From an uncultured bacterium (GTDB taxonomy: Bacteria; UBP7; UBA6624): 40,354 nt of DNA. A program made the position numbers and the translations under genes. This document shows positions 25,399 through 34,186 of the stretch, piece by piece. Numbering within the stretch: position 1 is the stretch's first letter; every line of letters starts with the position of its first letter. The DNA lies in contig CAYNKD010000001.1 in NCBI GenBank assembly GCA_964397735.1, forward strand, positions 12,161 to 52,514, read 5' to 3'. The notes under the pieces were generated by a model, which searched no databases, had not been told where the DNA came from, and was given only the letters and a program-made list of their open reading frames with translations.

Positions 25399-26449
25399 AG
25401 CCAGTTTGATTTTTTTTGTTTTTTTATTAGGATTTTCTCCAATTTATCAAAGTTCAATCAAGGTTCTCCCTTCACAAGAGGACATCTATACATCTCCATT
25501 AGTTTTAAATGATGGGGTTATTTTTATTGGTGCTTCCGGAACTATATCAAATTGGCCTGAAAAGAAAATTATTTGGGATTCTGGATATAAATTAAGACTT
25601 CACCCAAAAGCAGTTAGCTTAGGCGACTTGATAGTTTTGCCAGGAGTTTTTAAGCCAGAAGTTACTGCTTTTACAAGTGAGGGAGAAAAGGTCTGGTCTT
25701 TTAGAGTCCCTGGAACACCTTCTTCTCCAGTAAAGATGGGAGAAAATCTAATTACACATAGCAATAAGGGGTTTTTAACGTTGACAAATAAAAATGGAGA
25801 AATTCTTCAACAGGATTTTGTAGGTGTTAAAAGTCAAATATTTCACAGCTATCCAATCATTGTTGATGAAAATAAAGTTTTAGTTTATGGATCAGATATG
25901 GAAGAGGGTCGCGGAAGTATGGTTTTGTGGGACATGAAAGAAAGGTCTGAGCTATGGATTCTTAAGTATGAAGATCCATTTATTTCTCCACCTGCTTTTA
26001 ATACAGATACATTAATTATCAAGTCAGGAGATTCTTCAGGAAGGATTATTCTTGTAGAGATGGATACTGGTATGGTCATTTCGAAGGTTGGATTTGCTGG
26101 ATCCAACGATTTAAGGTTTACTTCTGCAGCAAATAAGGGAGATTTTTTTTATTTGAGTTTAAATTCAACTGTTGTCAAGATAGAGAAGAATGGAAATGTC
26201 ATTTGGGAGTTTAGTGGCGAGGGCATTTTTACCTCACCTGTTGTTTGGGATGATTATTTAGTATTAGGTTCTCGAAATACGGCTTCCGACAATGGGAATG
26301 GTGTTGGTTTTTTTGATTTAGATACAGGGAGTTTAGTTTATTGGTATCAACTTGAAAATGGAATAAATGCTGATCCGGTTATATCCAACGAGTCATGTAT
26401 TCTTATTGGCAGAGATGGGGTAGCTCATTTCTTCAAATTAGAAGATTGA
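25391..26449 (+). CDS. PQQ-like beta-propeller repeat protein (BamB-like).
   Basis: It has a signal-like N-terminus (LIFFVFLLGFSPIYQS) and repeated segments of the type G.V.W.F...I.SSP.V. Confidence 0.55.
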   Translation: MIRASLIFFVFLLGFSPIYQSSIKVLPSQEDIYTSPLVLNDGVIFIGASGTISNWPEKKIIWDSGYKLRLHPKAVSLGDLIVLPGVFKPEVTAFTSEGEKVWSFRVPGTPSSPVKMGENLITHSNKGFLTLTNKNGEILQQDFVGVKSQIFHSYPIIVDENKVLVYGSDMEEGRGSMVLWDMKERSELWILKYEDPFISPPAFNTDTLIIKSGDSSGRIILVEMDTGMVISKVGFAGSNDLRFTSAANKGDFFYLSLNSTVVKIEKNGNVIWEFSGEGIFTSPVVWDDYLVLGSRNTASDNGNGVGFFDLDTGSLVYWYQLENGINADPVISNESCILIGRDGVAHFFKLED

Positions 26450-26450
26450 T

Positions 26451-27320
26451 TTGAAAAATATTCTTATATTTGGACCAACCTCTTCTGGAAAAACCTTATT
26501 GTCAGTATCTTTAGCAAAAAAAATAAATGCTGAAATAATCAATATAGACAGTCGTCTTTTTTACAAGGGAATGAATATAGGAACAGCAAAGCCTTCAGTG
26601 GAGGAGATGCAAAATATTCCTCATCACTTGATTGATTTTTCTGAAGCGGACAGGCAGGTGACAGCTGGAGATTGGCTTCGGAAATTTGAGAAAATACTTA
26701 AGAGCATAAAAAAAAGAAATAAAAATAGTATTCTTGTTGGTGGAACTGGTTTTTATGTTCGTATTCTTTTGGAAGGTTGGGATCTTGGGGCATTGCCTCC
26801 AAATGAAAAAAGAAGAACAGAGCTTTTAGGCTTAGAGGAAAGAGAACCTGGATATCTTTATAATTTTTTGAAAAAGATGAATTTTGAAAAATCCAAAAAA
26901 ATTAACAAGAAGGATTTCCCTAGACTAATTAGGGCTATTGAAATTGAAGAATCGGGATATTTTCCACAAAAAACTTCACCGATGAAGTTTTCAACTTTTT
27001 ATTTAGCTGTTTCAAAAGAGCATCTAGATAAACGAATTTCCCTGAGGGCAAAAAAAATGTTAAAAGATGGTTTGGAGGATGAAGCAAAATCTTTGTGGAG
27101 CAAATATCCAGAAAGTTCAATTCTTGGAAAAACAATCGGATATGCTGAATTTTCACCTGGAGGGAAGATTGATGACCCTATTGAAAAGATTAAACAAAAT
27201 ACTATAAAATTGGCAAAAAAACAAAGAACATGGGCTAGAGGGCTGTCTTTAGATTTTGAGATAGATGGCAGGCTTGAATTGAAAAAACAGGTTGAGTTTG
27301 TTTTGAGGAGTGTAAAGTGA
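26451..27320 (+). CDS. miaA: tRNA dimethylallyltransferase.
   Basis: The motif ILIFGPTSSGKTLLSVSLAKKINAEIINIDSRLFYKGMNIGTAKPS...IPHHLID is present. The start is TTG. Confidence 0.9.
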   Translation: MKNILIFGPTSSGKTLLSVSLAKKINAEIINIDSRLFYKGMNIGTAKPSVEEMQNIPHHLIDFSEADRQVTAGDWLRKFEKILKSIKKRNKNSILVGGTGFYVRILLEGWDLGALPPNEKRRTELLGLEEREPGYLYNFLKKMNFEKSKKINKKDFPRLIRAIEIEESGYFPQKTSPMKFSTFYLAVSKEHLDKRISLRAKKMLKDGLEDEAKSLWSKYPESSILGKTIGYAEFSPGGKIDDPIEKIKQNTIKLAKKQRTWARGLSLDFEIDGRLELKKQVEFVLRSVK

Positions 27321-28165
27321 GTATCGCATTTGGATCACATGTATCTATAGCCGGTGGAGTTTTTAACTCAATTGAGAGAGCCAGGGAGATAGGGTGTGAT
27401 TCTTTTCAGGTTTTTGTAAAGCCTAACAGACAGTGGCGATTGCCAAAGATAACTCAAGAGGAAGCAAATTTATTTTGCAAAGAAGCAGAAAAGTTTTTAA
27501 TCTATCCCGTTGCCCATTCATCATATTTGTTAAATCTTGCAAGTTCAAATCAAACGGTTCTTGACAAATCTATTGAAACCTTGATTGCGGAATTGGATGC
27601 ATGTGATTTATTAAAAATAAAAAATCTCGTATTGCATCCTGGAAGTCATGGCGGAGATGGTGAAGAGGTTGGCCTTGAAAGAATTAAAGATTCGCTCTTT
27701 TCTGTTTTTAAGAGGTTTAAAGGTAATTGCAATATTTGTCTTGAACTTACAGCTGGAACTGGTTTTAATTTAGGCTATAAATTTGAACATATATCTTGGC
27801 TTATTGACAATGGTCCCTCTGACAAATTAACGGTTTGTCTTGACACTGCACATATCTTTGGAGCTGGATATGATATTTCAGATAAGAAAAAATATAAAAA
27901 AATAGAATCCTCATTCAAGCAAATGATTGGTTGGGATAAATTAAAGTGTCTTCATTTAAATGATTCAAAATGTGAACTAGCAAGCAGGAAGGATAGGCAT
28001 GAGCATATTGGGCAAGGTTTTATCGGGTTGGAAGGGTTCAAAAATATTCTTTCTACGTGCTCTAATTTAAATATTCCAGGGATAATCGAAACCCCAAAGG
28101 GGAAAGCAGGAAATGATGATCAAAGAAATTTAGAAATCTTGAGAGATATCTGTTGGAAAAGTTAG
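27317..28165 (+). CDS. nfo: Deoxyribonuclease IV (endonuclease IV).
   Basis: Motifs seen are GSHVSIAGG, VLHPGSH, CLDTAHIFGAGYD and LHLNDSK...RKDRHEHIGQGFIG. Confidence 0.85.
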   Translation: MSIAFGSHVSIAGGVFNSIERAREIGCDSFQVFVKPNRQWRLPKITQEEANLFCKEAEKFLIYPVAHSSYLLNLASSNQTVLDKSIETLIAELDACDLLKIKNLVLHPGSHGGDGEEVGLERIKDSLFSVFKRFKGNCNICLELTAGTGFNLGYKFEHISWLIDNGPSDKLTVCLDTAHIFGAGYDISDKKKYKKIESSFKQMIGWDKLKCLHLNDSKCELASRKDRHEHIGQGFIGLEGFKNILSTCSNLNIPGIIETPKGKAGNDDQRNLEILRDICWKS

Positions 28166-29361
28166 ATTGGGACTACAGGGTGCTGGATGTTTTTACATCT
28201 CTGGAAAAAATAAATAATATTTGTTATCTTGATGACGTTCTTCAGAATGGTTGGAGTTATATTGTCCTTTTGGAGAAACCTTTGAAAATAGATCCTTGGG
28301 AGGCAATGGATGCTAATGAGTCAAAGAAGAGAAAAGATACCTTGATGCCTTTTTCTGGAGGTTTGGTTGGCTGGATTCCTTATAGTTTTAATTCTGGCGA
28401 GAATTGGAAAAATCCCACTAAGCATGACTGGCAAGATGCTCCTCGTCTCTTTGAGGCCAATTGTCTTTTGTGTTTTCATAAAGAATATGGATGGTGGACT
28501 ACAGATAAAAAAAGGTTTAAAGACATTGTTGTATTGAGAAGAAAAGAAGATACCCCTATAGGGTATATGAAACCAATAATTAGTTTTGAAGAGTATTCCA
28601 AGGAGGTTATGCTTATAAAGGAAAGGATTTTTAATGGAGAGATGTATGAGGCAAATTTTACTTTTAAATTATGTGGAGAAGTCAAAAACCCCTTGGATCT
28701 TTATTTAAAATTTCGAAACTTTTGCCAAACTGACTTGTGTTCTTTTTTTAAATATGAAAATTTTGTAATAGGCTCAGGATCTCCAGAATTGTTCCTTTCA
28801 TGTGATAAGGATGGTTTTTTATCAGAGCCAATGAAAGGAACAACAACAAAACAAGGGGCAACACTCCTTGAGAGCTCAAAAGAAAGAAGCGAGTTGTCCA
28901 TAGTCGTTGATCTTGTCAGGAATGATTTTTATAAGTGTTGTAATTTTGAATCTGTATCTGTTTCTGATTCGTCTTTAATTAAAGAGTATCCAACAATTAA
29001 ACAGGCTGTAGCACGAATTCATGGAGAAAAAAAGAATTCTGTAAAAAAATGGGAGATGATAAAGGCTCTTTTGCCTTCAGGCTCTGTCACTGGTGCTCCT
29101 AGGTCAAGAGTTATGGAGCATTTAGATAAAAGGGAAAAAAAGCCAAGGGGGGTTTATTGTGGGGCAATGGGTTGGTGGTCTTATGGTGGAGACTTTAAAT
29201 TGTCTTTGCCAATAAGGACTTTCGTTTCATTGGGGAAAAAGTTGGAGTATTCTGTTGGAAGCGGCATTACTTGGAGAAGTGACCCCAGGAAAGAATGGGA
29301 GGAATGTAAAGATAAAACCGAATGCATAAATAGATCATTAAGTGAAGGTGTTTTTTGGTGA
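28153..29361 (+). CDS. pabB: Aminodeoxychorismate synthase component I (chorismate-binding enzyme).
   Basis: Motifs seen are GSGSPELFL, PMKGT, ELSIVVDLVRND, GSVTGAPRSRVMEHL and RGVYCGAMGW. It is followed by a PabC-like gene. Confidence 0.75.
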   Translation: MEKLDWDYRVLDVFTSLEKINNICYLDDVLQNGWSYIVLLEKPLKIDPWEAMDANESKKRKDTLMPFSGGLVGWIPYSFNSGENWKNPTKHDWQDAPRLFEANCLLCFHKEYGWWTTDKKRFKDIVVLRRKEDTPIGYMKPIISFEEYSKEVMLIKERIFNGEMYEANFTFKLCGEVKNPLDLYLKFRNFCQTDLCSFFKYENFVIGSGSPELFLSCDKDGFLSEPMKGTTTKQGATLLESSKERSELSIVVDLVRNDFYKCCNFESVSVSDSSLIKEYPTIKQAVARIHGEKKNSVKKWEMIKALLPSGSVTGAPRSRVMEHLDKREKKPRGVYCGAMGWWSYGGDFKLSLPIRTFVSLGKKLEYSVGSGITWRSDPRKEWEECKDKTECINRSLSEGVFW

Positions 29362-30071
29362 ATTCTTTTGTTTGGATTGATGAGAGCTGGAAAAATCAGA
29401 ATTTTGATTTTTTATCATTAGCTGATAGAGAAGGGGTTTATGAAACTATGCTGATAGTTGATGGAGAAATAATTAGCAAAACAGAGCATCAAGAGAGATT
29501 TGTTTCAGGATGTAGATTCTTAAATCTTCCTGAATCTTTTGGCCCCGAACCTCCAAGAGGGCTTGATGGGAAATGGACTTTAAGGTGGGCTAGGTGGCAT
29601 GGGTGCCCTACAGGAAATTTAGGACATCTGTGGAAAGGAACCTTGCAGCCCACAAAGGATGATATTTTAAATGTTGGATTAGTTTCAATAGAGGCTATAC
29701 CAAAAGTGCCTTCTTTGAATGTCAAGCATCTCCAATTGCTTAAAAGGGTGAAGATTAAAGAAATTTTGAAAAAGAGATATGGCTGGGATGATTACCTGGT
29801 TGTGGATGATGAAAATGTTCTTGAAGGGAGCAATTGGGCTGTCATGGTTTTAAAAAAACAAAACTGGCTTGTTCCTAGCTTTAAGGATGGACTTTTAAAA
29901 AGCACTAGTATCATGAGGCTCTTGAATATAGGTAAATTCGAGAATAGGAAGTTGATTCAAAAAGATATCTATATAAAGGATTTAATGAATTCTAATGACT
30001 TGAGAGGGCCATCTTCTTCTGGTATTAGAAAGATAAAAATTGTTTCGGAGAAGGTATTGAAATCTCTTTAA
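29355..30071 (+). CDS. pabC: Aminodeoxychorismate lyase-like class IV PLP enzyme.
   Basis: GVYETMLIVDGEII...HQERF is present. NVKHLQLLKRV...WDDYLVVD resembles the PabC motif GIKHLNRLEQV...DEALVLD, with the Lys present. It is short (238 aa) and overlaps pabB. Confidence 0.55.
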   Translation: MVNSFVWIDESWKNQNFDFLSLADREGVYETMLIVDGEIISKTEHQERFVSGCRFLNLPESFGPEPPRGLDGKWTLRWARWHGCPTGNLGHLWKGTLQPTKDDILNVGLVSIEAIPKVPSLNVKHLQLLKRVKIKEILKKRYGWDDYLVVDDENVLEGSNWAVMVLKKQNWLVPSFKDGLLKSTSIMRLLNIGKFENRKLIQKDIYIKDLMNSNDLRGPSSSGIRKIKIVSEKVLKSL

Positions 30072-30072
30072 T

Positions 30073-31020
30073 TTATTCCGATATCTTAGTGACTTTTCCA
30101 GAGTCAAGTAATTCGTAGAATGCACCTTCGTTGGTCAAGATGAGGGATAGATTTTCACCCGACATTTTTTCATATATTGATAGTAGTTTCCAAAATCTAT
30201 AAAAATCAGGGTTCTTCTCGTAGGCTTCGGCATAAATTTGTGTTGCAAGAGCATCAGCTTCACCTTTTATTTTTTCTGCAGTGTTATAAGCTTCAGATTG
30301 AATTGAAAGGAGTTCTTTTTCCATATCTCCTCTTATTTTTGCTGCTTCACCCTCTCCCTCAGATTTGAATTTTTCAGCAATTCTTTCTCTTTCTGAAATC
30401 ATTCTAGAAAAAACTGTTTTTTCTACGGATTCAACATAGTTTAAATGTTTGATTCTTATATCTATGAGGTTGATTCCGAAATTTTCAACGCTAGGTATTG
30501 CTTGAGCGAGAATGAGATTTTCCAAGCCATCTCTTCCTAATTTCAATTCGATTAGAAACTCTGGAGCAACTTGAACATCTTCGCTTAATCCTTTCAAAGC
30601 CTCTTCACTTCTGTCAGTCGATCTGACAGTTTCTATAAGATCCAAACCGGTAATCACATTTCTTACAACAGAATCAAGAACGTCATCAAGCCTTGACTGA
30701 GCTCCTCTTTCATCCGTCACTGATTGAAAAAACAAGAGAGGGTCACTTATTTCCCATCTTGCGGTCGTGTCAACAAAGATGAAAGTTTTATCCAGTGTTG
30801 GAACCTGTTCAGGGTATCCGTCCCACTCAAGAATTTGATCACTGAATCTGTTTGCCTTTTGTATAAATGGAATTTTAAAATATAGTCCAGGCTCTTGTAT
30901 AGCCTCTCCAACAGGTTCTCCAAATTGAGTGACAATAACCTGCTCTGTCTCATCAACTATATAAAGACTTGCAAGCACTGTTGCTATTATCAAGTATGCA
31001 AATATTAAGGATTTTTTCAT
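30073..31020 (-). CDS. hflC: SPFH-domain protease modulator HflC.
   Basis: It has an N-terminal TM helix, a band-7 domain and a coiled-coil AEAY-rich region. It overlaps hflK by 4 nt. Confidence 0.8.
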   Translation of the reverse strand: MKKSLIFAYLIIATVLASLYIVDETEQVIVTQFGEPVGEAIQEPGLYFKIPFIQKANRFSDQILEWDGYPEQVPTLDKTFIFVDTTARWEISDPLLFFQSVTDERGAQSRLDDVLDSVVRNVITGLDLIETVRSTDRSEEALKGLSEDVQVAPEFLIELKLGRDGLENLILAQAIPSVENFGINLIDIRIKHLNYVESVEKTVFSRMISERERIAEKFKSEGEGEAAKIRGDMEKELLSIQSEAYNTAEKIKGEADALATQIYAEAYEKNPDFYRFWKLLSIYEKMSGENLSLILTNEGAFYELLDSGKVTKISE

Positions 31021-32012
31021 TTCTGATCTTCTCCTAGGTTTAGAAACGGTAAAACCCCATCAAGGTCACCATCAATCACAATTATTTTCTTTATTCTTGC
31101 AATCAATTGTTCCATGGATTCTAAATACAGTCTTATTTCAGTAACCTCTTGAGCTTTTTCCCAAGCTTCTCTCACCTGGTCAAATCTTGAAGCATCACCC
31201 TTGGCTTCATTAACTCTTTTTGTTGCGTAACCCTCAGCTTCTGCAATCTTTTGATCTGCTTGACCTTTTGCCAAGGGGACTTTTTGGTTGTATGCCTGTC
31301 TGGCTTGGTTTATAGTGGTTTCTTTTTGCTGAATTGCTTCATTGACTTCGTTAAACGCACCCTTTACAGACTCTGGAGGATTTACATCTTGAAGTTGAAC
31401 TAAGTCAATTGTTATCCCTGTGTCATAAAGATTCATAAATTCCTGTAGGGATTGTTCAACTTCAACCTGTATTTCATCTCTTCCACTTGTCAAAACCTCA
31501 TCAACAAGCCTGTTTCCAATTGCCTTTCTCATTGAAACCTCTGAAAGGTCTCTTAATGTTTCGGCGGGGTTTCTAACGTTAAAGAGGTATTTTTTTGGAT
31601 CAGATATGCGATATTGAACGACCCATTGAACATCAGCTACATTAAGGTCTCCAGTAAGCATGATCCTGACTTCATCAAAACCTTTATTGTTGTATTGGCT
31701 TCTCACTCCAGACCTTACCGTCTTGAATCCAAATTCTTCTTTTAGCTGCTCTCTTGTAGGGACAAGAACAACAGTTTCAATTGGGGCTGGTAACTTGAAG
31801 TTTAATCCTGGATTTGCACTTCTTGAAAATTTTCCAAACTTTCTAACAATTCCTGTCTCTTGAGGGTTGACTTGATAAACTGTTGTTGAAATAATCCAAA
31901 AAGCAATCAGCCATCCAAAAAAGACTTTGAACCATTTTTCAGCCTTTTCCTTCATGGGACCCATATCCATTCCAGATTCATTAAACATGTCTTCAATTTC
32001 AATTTTTGCCAT
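31017..32012 (-). CDS. hflK: SPFH-domain protease modulator HflK.
   Basis: After the TM helix come ETGIVRKFGKFSR..PGLNFKLP and the QQKETTINQARQAYN..AEAEGYA pattern. It is paired with hflC. Confidence 0.8.
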   Translation of the reverse strand: MAKIEIEDMFNESGMDMGPMKEKAEKWFKVFFGWLIAFWIISTTVYQVNPQETGIVRKFGKFSRSANPGLNFKLPAPIETVVLVPTREQLKEEFGFKTVRSGVRSQYNNKGFDEVRIMLTGDLNVADVQWVVQYRISDPKKYLFNVRNPAETLRDLSEVSMRKAIGNRLVDEVLTSGRDEIQVEVEQSLQEFMNLYDTGITIDLVQLQDVNPPESVKGAFNEVNEAIQQKETTINQARQAYNQKVPLAKGQADQKIAEAEGYATKRVNEAKGDASRFDQVREAWEKAQEVTEIRLYLESMEQLIARIKKIIVIDGDLDGVLPFLNLGEDQK

Positions 32013-32024
32013 AAGGTAAGGCCA

Positions 32025-32033
32025 ATTATACCA
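32025..32033 (-). promoter_or_regulatory. Candidate extended -10 promoter element (TGgTATAAT) for hflKC.
   Basis: The minus strand reads tggtataat, a perfect TGnTATAAT. The hexamer ends 12 nt before the hflK ATG, which implies a very short leader. Confidence 0.45.
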
Positions 32034-32128
32034 TTCTGTTTTTTAGAAGACAGGGTATTCATGCAAGAAAATAGAAATTTCTAAGCATCAACCTCGCGCA
32101 TTATGCGTATACGTGCACTCCGCGCATC

Positions 32129-32211
32129 TATAGGGGGGAGAATATAAGAGGGGGGTTAAATAGAGGATAGAAAAGGGGATAGTGTGAAAGGGGGAAGAAA
32201 GGAGGGTGAAG
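32129..32211. other. 83-nt cytosine-free purine tract with G runs. On the minus strand it is G-free and C/U-rich.
   Basis: By my count there is no C between 32128 and 32212. The composition is 38 G, 33 A and 12 T. The G runs are G6, G6, G4, G5 and GGAGGG. Confidence 0.9.
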
Positions 32212-32216
32212 CTCTT

Positions 32217-33365
32217 TTAAACAACAGGAATTGAAAAAGAAGATTCTTTATTCATTTCTGGAAGCGGATATTCAACATTCTCAGAAAATGTTCTTAGTAT
32301 GTCGTAATAAGTGTTTCTTTGAGCTGGAATTCTGCCTAAATCTCTAATCAACCTTACAGCTTCATTTGGGCCAACTTTATGATGAATTCCAGTTGCTGCA
32401 ATGACTTCTTCCCCAATGACAACCCCACCAAAGTCATCAGCACCATAATTCATTGCCATCTGGCATAACTTAGGTCCATCTGTCACCCATCCAGCTTGTA
32501 GATGTGGAATATTGTCAAGCATCAGTCTCCCTAATGCAACATGTCGAAGATATGATTCTCCCCCAGGTGCTTTCAAGTGTGTCAACTCTGTTCCCCCTGG
32601 TTGAAAGCCCCAACATACAAATGCTGTAAAGCCTCCTGTTTCATCCTGTAATTTCCTAAGAACATCAAAATGTTCCATTTTTTCCAGTATTGTTTCTTCA
32701 AATCCATAAGTCATTGTGCAGCTCGATGGAACACCTTCTTCGTGAGCTGACCTATGAATGTCAAGCCATACGTCCCTGCCACTTCTAAGCGGAGATATAT
32801 TTTTTCTTACCCTGTCAACTAAAATTTCTGCCCCTGCTCCTGGAAGTGACATGTATCCAGATTTTTTTAATTCTGAGAAAACATTATTAAATGTCATTTT
32901 TTCTTTTTTTGCAATCCATTCAATTTCAGCTGATGAAAGACTATGTATTTCAACAGTGGGAAATCTTTTTCTTATTTTCTCAAATATGTTTTTAAAATCT
33001 TGAATTCTGTATCTTGGGTTAACTCCGCCCTGCATTAAAACTTGAGTTCCGCCATAATCTACTAACTCCTGAACTCTTTCTAGTATCTGGTCAATTGACA
33101 GATCGTAGCCTTTTTTTGATTTGGGAAGTTCATAAAAAGCGCAAAATTTACAGAGGACATTGCATATATTGGTATAGTTCAAAACAGTATCTACAACAAA
33201 AGTACCAAGATTGCTGGGGTTATGTCTTAATCTTTCTTTGTTTGCAAGGAAACCCAAAAGGTTCAATGGAGCATTTTCAAATAATTCTGCACCATGGCTT
33301 TTTGTTATTCTCTCTTCATTTTCTAAAGTGTCTATGGCTTCCTTGATTAAGGGTGTTATTTTCAT
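32217..33365 (-). CDS. Radical SAM enzyme of the futalosine menaquinone pathway (MqnE/MqnC family). It is adjacent to mqnA, so it is more likely aminofutalosine synthase.
   Basis: Motifs seen are NYTNICNVLCKFCAFY (CxxxCxxC), LRKLQDETGGFTAF, MLDNIPHLQAGW and YGADDFGGV. Confidence 0.7.
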   Translation of the reverse strand: MKITPLIKEAIDTLENEERITKSHGAELFENAPLNLLGFLANKERLRHNPSNLGTFVVDTVLNYTNICNVLCKFCAFYELPKSKKGYDLSIDQILERVQELVDYGGTQVLMQGGVNPRYRIQDFKNIFEKIRKRFPTVEIHSLSSAEIEWIAKKEKMTFNNVFSELKKSGYMSLPGAGAEILVDRVRKNISPLRSGRDVWLDIHRSAHEEGVPSSCTMTYGFEETILEKMEHFDVLRKLQDETGGFTAFVCWGFQPGGTELTHLKAPGGESYLRHVALGRLMLDNIPHLQAGWVTDGPKLCQMAMNYGADDFGGVVIGEEVIAATGIHHKVGPNEAVRLIRDLGRIPAQRNTYYDILRTFSENVEYPLPEMNKESSFSIPVV

Positions 33366-34144
33366 TGCCCTCTATCGTATCTTTCCTTTATGAGGATTGG
33401 CCTTCCCAACTCCCTAAATATCTTCCATCCTTGAAGGATTTTTTTTTCCAGTTTGACATTGTAGCAACTAAGGTATCTCTCGGCTGTCTTTTTGGTTACA
33501 CCTGAAGAAATAATAATTGATTTCTTTACTTCTTCAATATTTTTTTTACCCCAAGAATAAGAAGACATTAGTTTTTTTTCAATTTCATCTTTAGATTTTT
33601 CAGCATTTGAATTTCGTTTTACACACCAAAAAGCATATGGAATAGATGTTCCAGTCATTTCATGCCAGATTAGACCTAGATCTTCGAAAAATGCGTATTT
33701 CCCACTTTCATACCATCTCAAAGCCTTGTCCCCTATACAAAGGACAGCTTCTGAAGGCCTGGGATCTTCAGGATCCAAAATTCTTGGACTTTGACCAAAT
33801 TTTTCTTTCCATATTATTTTTAGAAGAAGAGGGCTTGTGACTCCTCTTGAAAGATTCCTTATGTTGCATTTGGATAATTCATTCCAAGGCCTGTCACTGA
33901 ATATTCCAACACTCATAACCGGTCCGGATGACGATATCCCCCAGTTCCTCAAAGGCAATGCTTCCGGTTTTGAAATTATTGCTCCGGCAGAGAGAAGGCC
34001 AGTTTCAAATTTTTCTTCCCTCCAGTCTCTTTCTATTTCAACAGGTGATTTGATGAAAAATTCAAAATTGTGATTTATTTTATTTCTTTCTAAAGCAAGG
34101 GTCAATGGATACCTATTTCCAAAACCAATAAGACTTGTTTTCAT
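33362..34144 (-). CDS. mqnA: Chorismate dehydratase MqnA (futalosine pathway).
   Basis: The pattern is FETGLLSAGAI...GPVMSVGIFS...SRGVTSPLLLKIIW...AVLCIGDKAL...EDLGLIWHEMTGTSIPYAFWCVKR. It overlaps the downstream radical-SAM gene by 4 nt. Confidence 0.7.
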   Translation of the reverse strand: MKTSLIGFGNRYPLTLALERNKINHNFEFFIKSPVEIERDWREEKFETGLLSAGAIISKPEALPLRNWGISSSGPVMSVGIFSDRPWNELSKCNIRNLSRGVTSPLLLKIIWKEKFGQSPRILDPEDPRPSEAVLCIGDKALRWYESGKYAFFEDLGLIWHEMTGTSIPYAFWCVKRNSNAEKSKDEIEKKLMSSYSWGKKNIEEVKKSIIISSGVTKKTAERYLSCYNVKLEKKILQGWKIFRELGRPILIKERYDRGQ

Positions 34145-34161
34145 AGGTCTATTATATTTTT

Positions 34162-34186
34162 TCTATGTCTAGAATATAGACATAGA
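34162..34186. promoter_or_regulatory. Perfect 10-bp inverted repeat with a 5-bp spacer (tctatgtcta-gaata-tagacataga) abutting the Sel1-gene ATG.
   Basis: This was read directly from the sequence. The right arm ends on the A of ATG 34186. It fills most of the 41-bp divergent spacer between mqnA and the Sel1 gene. Confidence 0.6.

Noticed and set aside
32085-32216. The GC-rich island as a tRNA, another known small RNA, or a dif site. The minus strand contains ACGCATAATG, which resembles the XerC arm of E. coli dif.
   Set aside because: No cloverleaf or T-loop (GTTCRA) can be drawn. I recognise no SRP, RNase P, tmRNA or 6S signature. The conserved XerD arm (TTATGTTAAAT-like) is absent, so the 9-mer match is probably chance.
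34162-34186. The 10-5-10 palindrome as a Xer/dif recombination site. It shares CTAGAATATA with Bacillus dif as I remember it.
   Set aside because: Flanking genes diverge from this point, whereas genes converge at a terminus. The central region is only 5 bp, and the arm sequence lacks the conserved XerD-arm motif. An operator or RNA-hairpin role is more likely.
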